Positions 19,885-29,999 are shown, numbered from the stretch's first letter. The stretch: 57,323 bases of DNA from a virus (IMGVR_UViG_3300031658_003389:1-57323), one strand, 5' to 3'. The notes: a model not told the origin generated them from the sequence alone. Made by a program: numbers and translations.

Positions 19885-22290
19885 ATGGCAGACAATATTA
19901 AAATATCCGCATTAACCGAATTAGTATCTGGTTCAATTACTGGAACTACCATAGTTCCTCTTGTTGACGGTGGTGTAACTCTAAAAGCACAAATGTCATC
20001 ATTAAAGGCATTTACAAATTCAGATGTGGCAACTGATGCAGAATTAGCTAATCAGATTGCTAGTGTAAACAATACTATTAGTGGTTTGGGTACTGATGAT
20101 ATTTCAGAAGGTACTGCTCAATTTTATACTGATGCTAGGGTTAAAACTAAATTAGATACCGAAGGTGTACTAAGTGGTTCTTTTCCTGCTGGATTTAACT
20201 TAGGTGTTATTGGTGGAGGAACTTCAGTAAGTACTGTTGATTCTATCACTGTTTACGGAGCTGATGTAACTGATAATGGTAGTGGTGATATAGCTTTATC
20301 AATTAATAGTGGTTCTCTAAGTATAAGTGATGGTGTAAGAACCGCAAGTAATGTAAATACAATTAATGTTACTGGTGGTAATGTAACTGCTACAGATGGC
20401 CAGATGACACTTACATTAACTACTGATTTATTAAATACGTTTACTGGTTCTATTGATAACAGAGTGGAGTTATTGGAATCTGAATCAATTAATAACGATA
20501 ATACATCTTTAAATACATTTACCGGTTCTATTGATGGTCGAGTTGACACATTGGAATTAGCTGGAAATGATAGCGATAATGCACAATTGAATTTATTCAC
20601 AGGTTCGTTTTCATCATCAGTTGAAACTAGAATAACTACGATAGAAGATACACCACAATCTGTATCTGAAGATACTGTTTCTGGTTCACAGCAAATTAGT
20701 GATTTTGGATTCATCTCATCATCTAGGAAATTTATTTCAGATACACTTACAATAACATCCGCTAGTATTACTGGTGATGTAACACTTGAAGTACCAGTTG
20801 GTGGTGGTGGAGGCGAAGGGGGTGATGTTTCATTTAATAGTAATTATCATATCATATCCCAATCTGTTGCAGATGGTAGTGATACTAATTTAGAATTAAC
20901 AAACATAAAGATTGGAACTGGACTAAATAATTTTCAATTTATACATTTCTCTGAATCTTTAAATAGTAGATTTGGAGCCGGTGGTGGTAGTGATTATATT
21001 CAAACTGTAACATTTGGTGAAAATGCATTAACATTTACAGGTGTAGGATCTGGGTTTAATGGAGACGTACAATTAAGTACGGGTATAATATCAGGCTCAT
21101 CTCAATTAGATACGTTAGGATATTTATCGGATAGTAATGTAACTCCGATTTATATAGAAGCAAAATTACCTAGGAACTTAGTAAGTGGCTCTACTCAATT
21201 AATTGAGTTAGGGGTACCTCTAAACGAAAACACCGCATCATTAGCACTTAATGTTAATATCTCTGGTTCATTTACTGAACTATCCGCATCCATTGCATCT
21301 GACATAGCTGAATTGGATGGGGTATCATTATCATTAGGTGAAGCGACTCGCTCTTTATTAGAAGGTGGTTCATCCGATGCTTTAGGAAATGTAATAAACT
21401 TAGTTTCATCATCAGGTCAAATACAAGAAGCAATATCAGATGCATATATATCAGCATCTGCCGCAGGAAGTGGATTTGGTTCTGGAGAAAATGTAGCCGA
21501 TGATATTGCAAATCTGTATGTATTTACTGGTTCCATTGATACTAGAGTAACTACAATTGAGGGGTTAGATATTGATAACGCATCCATAAACATATTTACA
21601 GCTTCATTCTCATCTTCGATAGATGGTAGAGTATCTACATTGGAAGTGGATAGTGGTGGATTAACTGAAGTTAGTTACAGTGAACTATCTCAATCATATG
21701 ATTCATTTAATTCTAATTTAATATTAGATAGAGTACGAATTGGTGGAGATAGTGGAAACTATACATTTAGAGAGGTATCACAATCATTTGATGCTAGAAT
21801 AAACGGAATAAGTGGGGTTACTGGGTTAGCTGGATTAAGTGATGTGGGTACAATAACTGTTGATGTAGCTGAAGGTGATATCTTAGTATATGATTCAGTA
21901 GCACAAGAATTTACACATAGCCAGGATTTAACTGGTAATTATAAAATAACTGGTTCAATTGATACAAAGGGTTCAATCAACGTAAGTGGTTCGGTAACCG
22001 CTGATTCATTTATCGCTGGGGATGTTGGTACACCAACTATAAGTGCAGCAACTACATTAGAAATTGATGCTGGTAACACTATACAAATTACGACTGGAGG
22101 GGGTGGTTTAATACTATCTTCATCAGCCGATGTTAGAGTTAACCATATGTTAACCTTAGAAAAAACAATTGGAAATCCATCAGCATCACCATTAACTGGT
22201 AGTATGATGAATAGTGGTAGTATTGGAACCGATTCCAAATTATGGTTCTTTAATGGAACTGAATGGAAAGAAATACAATTCGTATCATAA
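19885..22290 (+). CDS. Ser/Gly/Thr-rich fibre-like virion protein
   Basis: MADNIKISALTEL start, TDDISEG..FYTDARV, five (L/I)xxFT(G/A)S...RV..(L/I)E repeats, L..LSDV motif, C-terminal LWFFNGTEW. Confidence 0.7.
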   Translation: MADNIKISALTELVSGSITGTTIVPLVDGGVTLKAQMSSLKAFTNSDVATDAELANQIASVNNTISGLGTDDISEGTAQFYTDARVKTKLDTEGVLSGSFPAGFNLGVIGGGTSVSTVDSITVYGADVTDNGSGDIALSINSGSLSISDGVRTASNVNTINVTGGNVTATDGQMTLTLTTDLLNTFTGSIDNRVELLESESINNDNTSLNTFTGSIDGRVDTLELAGNDSDNAQLNLFTGSFSSSVETRITTIEDTPQSVSEDTVSGSQQISDFGFISSSRKFISDTLTITSASITGDVTLEVPVGGGGGEGGDVSFNSNYHIISQSVADGSDTNLELTNIKIGTGLNNFQFIHFSESLNSRFGAGGGSDYIQTVTFGENALTFTGVGSGFNGDVQLSTGIISGSSQLDTLGYLSDSNVTPIYIEAKLPRNLVSGSTQLIELGVPLNENTASLALNVNISGSFTELSASIASDIAELDGVSLSLGEATRSLLEGGSSDALGNVINLVSSSGQIQEAISDAYISASAAGSGFGSGENVADDIANLYVFTGSIDTRVTTIEGLDIDNASINIFTASFSSSIDGRVSTLEVDSGGLTEVSYSELSQSYDSFNSNLILDRVRIGGDSGNYTFREVSQSFDARINGISGVTGLAGLSDVGTITVDVAEGDILVYDSVAQEFTHSQDLTGNYKITGSIDTKGSINVSGSVTADSFIAGDVGTPTISAATTLEIDAGNTIQITTGGGGLILSSSADVRVNHMLTLEKTIGNPSASPLTGSMMNSGSIGTDSKLWFFNGTEWKEIQFVS

Positions 22291-22303
22291 TCCCAACTAA
22301 TGT

Positions 22304-23908
22304 ATGGTAACGTATAATGTAATATTACATAAAGGTGTAGATTATCAATCCTTTTGGAATGATATGGAAAACGAAAACGATGGGGGTAATTTATATATCC
22401 CCAATCGAACAGTTGATTCACCTAATCAAAGATTAAATTCACAAAGACAAACTTGGTACACACTTTCGGAAGTAGAAGCTGAAAATGTAAGAAACGATGA
22501 AAGAGTTTTTGTGGTAGAGATTCCACCTGAAAATAGAGATGATATAATTATAGGACATCATGCAACTCAAGTTGGTACATTTACAAAAACAACATCGGAT
22601 AGTGGTAATTATCAAAATTGGGGATTAATCAGAGTATTATCTAAGGATAATATTTATGGTACATCAACAACTACTTCAGAAAATTACACATACACATTAA
22701 CTGGAAAGGGTGTTGATGTTGTAACACAAGATAGTGGAATGCAAACTGACCACCCTGAATGGGTAGATAGATTCGAATCAGTAGATTGGGGTAGTTATGG
22801 TGCATTCACACAAAACGCAAATCACGATAGAGATTTCGATGGACATGGTTCACATTGTGCTGGTATAGCTGTTGGTAAAACTTTTGGATTCGCTAAGGGT
22901 TCTAAGGTATTTAATCAAAAGATATCTGGATTGGAAGGTAGTGGAGATAGTGGAACTGGTATTTCACCTTCATTTGCATTTGATGCTATTAAAGGTTGGC
23001 ATAATGCTAAACCAATCGATACTATAACTGGATACAAAAGACCAACTGTTGTAAATATGAGTTGGGGATACCTATCGTTAGGTAAGGATTCTGAATTTAC
23101 AAATATAACTTATAGGGGAGCTAGTAGTAGTGGTGGTGATATCGATACCGCTGGTGAGAGGGAAACTAACTTTGGTTTAATGAGTAATCCGTATGATGTA
23201 AATGGTGGTAATACTAGATACGCAATTAATAACAGAATCTCTTCAATTGATACTGATATAGAGGAATTATTAGATGCTGGTGTACATATATGTGTAGCTG
23301 CGGGTAATCGTTCCAATAAAACCGATGAAGTTGGTGGAGATGATTATAATAACACATATTCAATTGGTAGTGGTAATAAGTTTTATCATAGAGGTTCATC
23401 CCCATATGGTGATGCAGCAATGGATGGTTCACAAAGAGCTATCATAGTTGGTAATATAGATTCATCCGTATCATCAGGAACTTTAGATAGAAAAGCAACT
23501 TCATCCGAAACTGGACCTGGTGTTGATATCTACGCAGCTGGAACAAACATAATGAGTTCAACTTCCACTACAAACAGATGGGGAGGTGGTTCTCAAAATT
23601 ACACACTAAACACTAATTTTAAACAAACTAATATAACGGGAACATCAATGGCATCACCTCAAGTAGCTGGTGTATTGGCTTGTATATTAGAACTACATCC
23701 AGAATTCACTCCAGCACAAGGTAAACAATGGTTATTAGATAATGCTGGTTCAGCTATTCTAAATACTGGAACTGGTAATGATTGGACAAATGATAGAAGT
23801 TTAAAGGGTGGTGAAGCAAAGGTATTGTATATGCCATTTAGTAACCCAATACCAATTAAAGTGACTGGATTACCAGTAACCTTTAATTTGAGTATCAAAG
23901 AAAGATAG
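22304..23908 (+). CDS. Subtilisin-like S8 serine peptidase
   Basis: Catalytic D (QDSG), H (HGSHCAG), S (GTSMASPQVAG), oxyanion AAGN. Confidence 0.95.
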   Translation: MVTYNVILHKGVDYQSFWNDMENENDGGNLYIPNRTVDSPNQRLNSQRQTWYTLSEVEAENVRNDERVFVVEIPPENRDDIIIGHHATQVGTFTKTTSDSGNYQNWGLIRVLSKDNIYGTSTTTSENYTYTLTGKGVDVVTQDSGMQTDHPEWVDRFESVDWGSYGAFTQNANHDRDFDGHGSHCAGIAVGKTFGFAKGSKVFNQKISGLEGSGDSGTGISPSFAFDAIKGWHNAKPIDTITGYKRPTVVNMSWGYLSLGKDSEFTNITYRGASSSGGDIDTAGERETNFGLMSNPYDVNGGNTRYAINNRISSIDTDIEELLDAGVHICVAAGNRSNKTDEVGGDDYNNTYSIGSGNKFYHRGSSPYGDAAMDGSQRAIIVGNIDSSVSSGTLDRKATSSETGPGVDIYAAGTNIMSSTSTTNRWGGGSQNYTLNTNFKQTNITGTSMASPQVAGVLACILELHPEFTPAQGKQWLLDNAGSAILNTGTGNDWTNDRSLKGGEAKVLYMPFSNPIPIKVTGLPVTFNLSIKER

Positions 23909-23950
23909 AACTTTCTAAAATTTTAATATATATAATAAAGATATAGTACA

Positions 23951-25675
23951 ATGATTTACGAAGAAATAACAGAAGATATATTAAACGAAAAGTTAATTAC
24001 ATATGGTAATAGAAAACCATATGGACAAGTTGTATTTGTTGCAGGTGGAGCTGGTAGTGGTAAGGGATTCGCAATTGAAAACTTTTTAGATTCAGCATCA
24101 TTTAAATTAAGAGATGTGGATGAGATAAAAAAACAAATCCAAATTTTAAATAGAATGGGTAAGTTGGATATCAATTCGATTACTAAAAAGTACGGAAGAA
24201 ATATCAAACCAAAGGATTTGGAGTTAATTAACAAAATACAAGATAAAGGATATAAATTACAAAACCTAAATCTAAAGAACCCAGACCACGTATATGCTTT
24301 ACATATATTAGTAGATGCTATTGGTATCAAAGATAAATCATTAATAACTTTATTAAGGGGTAAGAATAACCCAGAAACACTACCAAACATATTATTTGAT
24401 ATAACTGCAAAGAAAGTAACATCAATTACTTCGGTGGTAGCTCAGTTGAAGGCTGTTGGTTATAAAGCTGATAATGTTCACTTAACTTGGATACTTACAA
24501 ATTATGTTACGGCAATGGTTAACAATAAGAACAGAGCTAGAATGGTACCTGATGATATTCTTTTACAAACACACGAAGGTGCAACTAATACTATTTGGGG
24601 GATTATAACTAAGGCACTTCCTAAAGGTATGAATGGTAGAGTTGATGTAATTCTAAATAATCCACAAAACACTGTATTCCTAAAAGATTCAGATGGTAAG
24701 GAAATTGAAAAGACACAAAAAAATAATCAGAAAGAAAAAAGAGATATAAAGGTAAAATTTACATCTGGATTTCTTTCATTACCTCTTAAAAAGGCAAAGG
24801 GTGGCATATTTCCAGAAAAGTTTTGGAAGGATAAATTATTTAGATGGGTTATGAATAACGCACCACAATCCATAACAGCAAATATGAAAGAATCGGTTGT
24901 AAACGAAGGATATATTGATAATTATGATTTATACGTAACTCAATTCAAAAAACGAAGATTTAAGAAAACAGCAAATAGTTCAAATTACGGAGATGAGTTT
25001 TGGTATAAAGAGTACCCATTAGGTAGGTTTGTTGTCACCATCGGCGAATCTGACGCTAAGAGATTACGATTTAGTTATAGTGTATATTTCAACCCATTTC
25101 CTAAATATAAAAAGGTATTTTTTGGATTAATAAAAACTAAAAAGAAGCAATTAGGAAAATTTATTAATTACAAAGAAGATATAATTGATTTTGGCGAGGG
25201 GTTATTCAAAATAGATGATAATGTATTCATTAAAAAATTATTCAAAGTGGTAGATGCCGCAGAACAGCATGTAAAGAAAATCACCAAAGTAGATTACGAG
25301 TCATATAAAGATAGCGAAAACAGGCACCATACAGCATTAGAATCGGTAATTACTGAAAAGCAATTTAAAGGTTTAGATGGAATTGATGCTAAAACACCTT
25401 TAACTAAAATCTCAGATGTACAAAAACTAAAAATCATACAATCAACTGGAAATATTATTTCGTTTTTCGTTCCAACGGGATTTGATAGAAACTTTTGGCA
25501 AGTAATATCAACAGGTAAAATTAAAAAAGGAAAAGATTTATCAGGAGGTGTAGTTTATATTCTAAATGGTAAAATGATAAATTCCCCAAAATTCAAATCT
25601 ATAAAAGATTTAATTAAAGGGGTTGATTGGGCATCGGTTGAAAAATCCCGTAGATTTAATGAATCCAATAAATAA
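23951..25675 (+). CDS. P-loop kinase (zeta-toxin/Pnk-like) with two appended modules
   Basis: VVFVAGGAGSGKG, RDVDE, ILFDIT, NKNRARMVP; then ESVVNE and ESVITE linkers. Confidence 0.7.
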   Translation: MIYEEITEDILNEKLITYGNRKPYGQVVFVAGGAGSGKGFAIENFLDSASFKLRDVDEIKKQIQILNRMGKLDINSITKKYGRNIKPKDLELINKIQDKGYKLQNLNLKNPDHVYALHILVDAIGIKDKSLITLLRGKNNPETLPNILFDITAKKVTSITSVVAQLKAVGYKADNVHLTWILTNYVTAMVNNKNRARMVPDDILLQTHEGATNTIWGIITKALPKGMNGRVDVILNNPQNTVFLKDSDGKEIEKTQKNNQKEKRDIKVKFTSGFLSLPLKKAKGGIFPEKFWKDKLFRWVMNNAPQSITANMKESVVNEGYIDNYDLYVTQFKKRRFKKTANSSNYGDEFWYKEYPLGRFVVTIGESDAKRLRFSYSVYFNPFPKYKKVFFGLIKTKKKQLGKFINYKEDIIDFGEGLFKIDDNVFIKKLFKVVDAAEQHVKKITKVDYESYKDSENRHHTALESVITEKQFKGLDGIDAKTPLTKISDVQKLKIIQSTGNIISFFVPTGFDRNFWQVISTGKIKKGKDLSGGVVYILNGKMINSPKFKSIKDLIKGVDWASVEKSRRFNESNK

Positions 25676-25702
25676 ATACACTTAACATAAAATAAATTAA
25701 AG

Positions 25703-25730
25703 AAAAGATTGGTTATTCCAATCTTTTTTT
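25703..25730 (+). terminator. Intrinsic terminator overlapping a promoter
   Basis: AAAAGATTGG-TTATT-CCAATCTTTT followed by more T. Confidence 0.75.
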
Positions 25731-25831
25731 GTATATTAGCATTACTATAACAACTTTAGGTTTTGTGTATGAAAAAGAGATTACTCTATATTTATACACA
25801 TAAGGACAAAAACTTAAAATAGTATATAATA

Positions 25832-26410
25832 ATGGAAGAAGTTACAAACAACGAAGAAGAAGGTGAGAAGTTATTTCCACACTTAGACCCAACTAAAGAT
25901 TTATCAGTAGCACCTAAACAAAGAACCAAACGGGGATTGGGAGCTAGACCTTTAATGGAATCTGAAATTAAAGAAGTTCAACAAAAAGCACGTTCTGCTG
26001 CAGAAGCTGCAAGGTTGTTGGGAGTATCCTATAACACATATAAGAAGTACGCTAAAGAATATGGTATCTTTGAGAAATTAAAGAATCCACATGGTATTGG
26101 TATCCGTAAGGGTAGTAACCCAAACGCATTAGCTCATGGGATAGATGATATCTTAGCTGGAAAACATCCAGAGTACCCAGTTTGGAAACTGAAGAAACGA
26201 TTATTGGAAAATGGTTACATTGAGGAGAAGTGTAGTAATTGTGGATGTGAGGAAAGGCGAGTAACTGATTTCAGAGTTCCATTAGTATTGGATTTCATTG
26301 ATGGCAACAAAAAGAACCACCTATATGATAATTTAAGAATGCTATGTTTTAACTGCTCATTCCTAATTGTTGGTAATCTTACGGGGCCGAAAAAAGAATA
26401 TGAATATTAA
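25832..26410 (+). CDS. HTH plus zinc-binding HNH-like protein with degenerate active site
   Basis: AEAARLLGVSYNTYKK HTH; CSNC...DFIDG..N..DNLRMLCFNC. Confidence 0.75.
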   Translation: MEEVTNNEEEGEKLFPHLDPTKDLSVAPKQRTKRGLGARPLMESEIKEVQQKARSAAEAARLLGVSYNTYKKYAKEYGIFEKLKNPHGIGIRKGSNPNALAHGIDDILAGKHPEYPVWKLKKRLLENGYIEEKCSNCGCEERRVTDFRVPLVLDFIDGNKKNHLYDNLRMLCFNCSFLIVGNLTGPKKEYEY

Positions 26411-26490
26411 TTTTAAAAAAGTTTGGTAAATCCAATTAATTTTTGTATCTTTACTTAAATTAATAATATATATAAATATAAACGAAGATT

Positions 26491-26703
26491 ATGTCAAAGT
26501 ATTTTGAAGTAACAGTTGAAGTAGTGGTTGCCACACTAAAAAATGGTAAAGACAAGAAAAACAAAGAAATCTATTTAGTAGATGCTATGTCAGTAACCGA
26601 AGCGGAAGCGAGAGTTATTGGTGATTTTACTGATTCAGCAGCAAATATTGATTTCAAAGTAAGTGGAGCTCGTGAGAGTAGAATTATAAGAGTTATCGAA
26701 TAG
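26491..26703 (+). CDS. DUF4494-like protein
   Basis: YLVDAMSVTEAEARV matches this Bacteroidota family motif. Confidence 0.8.
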   Translation: MSKYFEVTVEVVVATLKNGKDKKNKEIYLVDAMSVTEAEARVIGDFTDSAANIDFKVSGARESRIIRVIE

Positions 26704-26966
26704 TGAAAGAACCTGAAGTTATTACCGAAGAGGTAAAAGTAAAAGTTGCTAAGAGAGTTCCACCGGGTGACCGATGGACTCCCTTAGATAACTCTTCAGT
26801 CGTACTTGAATCATTGACAGATGTATTAGAGTATGTTTACCAAAAAGATGGCGATACGCAATTCTTTATGGATGCTAGGGAAGGTTTTACTTATGTGATT
26901 AAAAAAGAAGAAACAATTATAGAACCAAAACCCGATAAAAAGTATTCATTGTATGGAGAAGATTAG
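26703..26966 (+). CDS. Hypothetical protein
   Basis: GTG start overlapping the upstream stop. Confidence 0.6.
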   Translation: MKEPEVITEEVKVKVAKRVPPGDRWTPLDNSSVVLESLTDVLEYVYQKDGDTQFFMDAREGFTYVIKKEETIIEPKPDKKYSLYGED

Positions 26967-27093
26967 AAGATATTTCCGAAACCTATTAATTGCATTAGCA
27001 ACTATGATATTAGCATCATTTGCAGTAACAAATCACACCTCTAAGGAAAGTGAAGCAACTGAGGATTCTGATGATTTTCATATGTTTATCTAA
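26953..27093 (+). CDS. Small single-TM protein, 46 aa (not in ORF track)
   Basis: MEKIRRYFRNLLIALATMILASFAV...; fills the intergenic gap. Confidence 0.5.
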   Translation: MEKIRRYFRNLLIALATMILASFAVTNHTSKESEATEDSDDFHMFI

Positions 27094-27131
27094 TCAGTTG
27101 ATATTTATATTAAACCAACAAAATAAAAATT

Positions 27132-27446
27132 ATGATTATTATTTACACAATAGCAGTGATAGCAGTCGTTGCAGCCGTATTAGTTTACCTTCAAAAGACA
27201 GGTAAAATAAAAGATTCAGATGGAGATTTAATTCCAGATGTAGTGGAAGATAAAATTGAACAAGCTGAAAAGGTTGTCAAAGAAACAAAACGTAGAGCTA
27301 AGAGAGTTATTGAAGAAGCTACTGATGTAGTGGATGCAATAAAGGAAGTAGCCAATCAATCTAAAGATGTAGTTGATGCAGTTAAGGGAAAAGCTCGTAA
27401 GGGAAGAAAACCAGCATCAAAGAAAACTACACCTAAGAAGAAATAA
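27132..27446 (+). CDS. Membrane-anchored protein with basic tail
   Basis: N-terminal TM, DSDGDLIPD motif, Lys-rich C-terminus. Confidence 0.65.
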   Translation: MIIIYTIAVIAVVAAVLVYLQKTGKIKDSDGDLIPDVVEDKIEQAEKVVKETKRRAKRVIEEATDVVDAIKEVANQSKDVVDAVKGKARKGRKPASKKTTPKKK

Positions 27447-27748
27447 TGGAATTTCAATACTTTATCATTTTCGGTACAATAAGTATAGTGGTATTGGTAT
27501 TAACCTTTATCATATTTAAGTTACAAAGTTCAGTATCCGATTTGAGATACGAGCTAAAACTTGGTAAGATTAATTGCCAAAAAGACTTGGATAGGTTAGA
27601 AGATAAAATCAACCAAATAGTTGTAAAAGATTCAGAAACCTATTCTAGGGAAATTGAAAAATTAGAACATCTCCACAAATCGCTTATTAAATTAGTTGAT
27701 GATAAAGAGCAAGAAAACCGAATGCACCGAACACTACTTAAAGATTAA
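27446..27748 (+). CDS. Membrane-anchored coiled-coil protein
   Basis: N-terminal TM then heptads. Confidence 0.6.
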   Translation: MEFQYFIIFGTISIVVLVLTFIIFKLQSSVSDLRYELKLGKINCQKDLDRLEDKINQIVVKDSETYSREIEKLEHLHKSLIKLVDDKEQENRMHRTLLKD

Positions 27749-27751
27749 ATA

Positions 27752-27895
27752 ATGAAGAAGGATATTTCTGATTCCTATGAATGGGAAGATGAGTTTGATA
27801 GAAAGAAGAAAAAAGGTTCTGTAAAAAAGACTAACGATTACAAACGTAAATCAAAGTACAAAGCTAATTATCTTAAAGATGATTATGATTCATAA
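27752..27895 (+). CDS. Small basic protein, 47 aa (not in ORF track)
   Basis: MKKDISDSYEWEDEFDRKKKKGSVKKTNDYKRKSKYKANY...; stop overlaps the next ATG. Confidence 0.55.
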   Translation: MKKDISDSYEWEDEFDRKKKKGSVKKTNDYKRKSKYKANYLKDDYDS

Positions 27896-28080
27896 TGGCA
27901 AAGAACTCTAAAATACCAACATCAGAATATATATTGTTACTAAGTGTATTATTATCTATACTATTATCATCCTATATCTTTCTGATTGTTGGAAATGAAA
28001 GATTAGGTATATTCATTGGCTTATGGGCACCAACAATAACAGGTTTAATAAATTTCATAAACATAAAGTTTAAGAAATAA
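27895..28080 (+). CDS. Small two-TM membrane protein
   Basis: Two hydrophobic helices, GIFIGLWAPT. Confidence 0.65.
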   Translation: MAKNSKIPTSEYILLLSVLLSILLSSYIFLIVGNERLGIFIGLWAPTITGLINFINIKFKK

Positions 28081-28095
28081 AAGGTTACTTATTTA

Positions 28096-28842
28096 ATGAA
28101 AGATGTTACAATTTTGATTCAAGGGAAGATTTCTCAAGAATCATATAATTATTATGTGGAAACATTTCCACAATTTCCCATTGTGATTTCAACATGGTCT
28201 GACCACACATTGGACTTATCGTATTTCCCAAACAACCTACAATTTATTCAATCTAAACTTCCAAAAGATAGTGGGGAGCAGAATATGAATTATCAATTCG
28301 TTTCAACTATAAATGGATTGACCAACGTAACCACTAAATATGTGGTAAAGGTTAGGGGTGATGAGTATTATTCAAATATAGATTTTATTAGAGATTTAAT
28401 AGTAACCAATCCAGAAAAGATATGGACAGTACCTGTATTCTTTAGACATGGTACGGATTTCCCATACCATATATCAGACCATTTAATGGCAGCAACAACT
28501 GAAAACTTAAAGTTTATGTATGGGGCCACTAAATATGCATTTGATAATAAGTTAATATATCATGTGGTTGATGGACAACGATATTCATATTGGGAACCTG
28601 AGATAAACTTAACTAAAGGATATCTTATGGCTAAATACAAAGAAGAATTTCACAAAAGAGAGATGAATCAGATAATGGTTGAAAACTTTGATATAATTCC
28701 ATTAACTGAATTAAAACCATATAAGATAATTGCAAATATATTTAAAACATATTGGTATAATAATTTTACACCTGAGTTAAATCAAAGTATTTCTAAGATA
28801 GAAGATTTGTTGAAACCAAAAGCACCATACGAATTACAATGA
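28096..28842 (+). CDS. WavE-like polysaccharide synthesis protein
   Basis: TILIQG, VISTW, QFVSTINGL, YVVKVRGD, YHISDH. Confidence 0.7.
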   Translation: MKDVTILIQGKISQESYNYYVETFPQFPIVISTWSDHTLDLSYFPNNLQFIQSKLPKDSGEQNMNYQFVSTINGLTNVTTKYVVKVRGDEYYSNIDFIRDLIVTNPEKIWTVPVFFRHGTDFPYHISDHLMAATTENLKFMYGATKYAFDNKLIYHVVDGQRYSYWEPEINLTKGYLMAKYKEEFHKREMNQIMVENFDIIPLTELKPYKIIANIFKTYWYNNFTPELNQSISKIEDLLKPKAPYELQ

Positions 28843-29291
28843 TACTAATATCACATAGAGGTAATATAAATGGGAGATTGGTTCCATTTGAGAATCAACC
28901 AAACTACATAGACACAGCATTAGCAGCTGGTTATGATGTGGAGATTGATGTGTGGTATGAAAGAGAAAGTGGTAAGTTATATTTAGGACATGATAAGGCT
29001 GACTATCAAATTGATATTGATTGGTTGTACGAACGAAGTGATAAGTTGTGGATACATTGTAAGAATATGGATGCACTTTCATTTTTTAATAAAAGCCACT
29101 TACAAATCGGTACCGAATACAATTACTTCTCACATGATAATGATATTGGAGTATTAACCTCATATGGGTATATCTGGTCAACTAACCTATATGATAATGG
29201 AATTTTAGTATTACCAGAAGTGTTTGAAAAAACACCAATAGAAAACACAATCGGAATATGTTCCGATATAATTCAAAACTATAAAAAATGA
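28839..29291 (+). CDS. GDPD/PLC-like phosphodiesterase
   Basis: ISHRGN, EN, DVEIDV, LGHD, WIHCKN, GICSD. Confidence 0.8.
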   Translation: MILISHRGNINGRLVPFENQPNYIDTALAAGYDVEIDVWYERESGKLYLGHDKADYQIDIDWLYERSDKLWIHCKNMDALSFFNKSHLQIGTEYNYFSHDNDIGVLTSYGYIWSTNLYDNGILVLPEVFEKTPIENTIGICSDIIQNYKK

Positions 29292-29674
29292 AAAGAGTAG
29301 TAGCGGGAATTTGTATTAAGTATAAAGATAATATACCTCACATTTTATTAGGATTAAAACCTTCAGGTCATTGGGAATTTCCCGGTGGAAAAGTTAAGAA
29401 GGATGAAACTGATACAAATGCATTACATAGGGAATGGATTGAGGAATTGGATGCTGATATTGAAGTAGGTGATTTCTATGTGAATGTGGAGAATGGTATG
29501 TATAATGTACACTTCTATAAAGTAGAACTCAGTAAAGATGAAAACGATGGAAGTGAAGCAATTGCTAAAGAACACATTGAAGTACATTGGCATGGTTTAG
29601 ACAGTTTAGAGGATGTATCAATGGTTGTTGGTAATGATTTAGTAGTAGATTTATTAATAGAAGATTATTTGTAA
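29288..29674 (+). CDS. NUDIX hydrolase (MutT-like)
   Basis: WEFPGGKVKKDETDTNALHREWIEEL Nudix box. Confidence 0.9.
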   Translation: MKRVVAGICIKYKDNIPHILLGLKPSGHWEFPGGKVKKDETDTNALHREWIEELDADIEVGDFYVNVENGMYNVHFYKVELSKDENDGSEAIAKEHIEVHWHGLDSLEDVSMVVGNDLVVDLLIEDYL

Positions 29675-29675
29675 T

Positions 29676-29999
29676 ATGAAAGTACGTAAATTAGATGAAT
29701 TTTTTAAAGGTTGGGTAGTTGGTAACTTCGAACCATCATTATTTAAAACTGATGACTTTGAGGTATCGGTTAAGAATTATAAAAAAGATGAATACGAACA
29801 TACTCATTACCATAAAGTGGCAACTGAAATAACTATTATCACAAAAGGTAGTGCTGAGATGAATTCAGTAGTATATAATGAAGGTGATGTTATTATAATA
29901 GAACCTGGTGATAAAACCGATTTTAGAACCATTAGTGATGTAACAACAACTGTAATTAAATTTCCTTGTGTAAAGGATGATAAGTATATTGTAGAATGA
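29676..29999 (+). CDS. Cupin-domain protein
   Basis: GWVVGNFEP, HYHKVATE, GDVIIIEPG. Confidence 0.8.
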   Translation: MKVRKLDEFFKGWVVGNFEPSLFKTDDFEVSVKNYKKDEYEHTHYHKVATEITIITKGSAEMNSVVYNEGDVIIIEPGDKTDFRTISDVTTTVIKFPCVKDDKYIVE

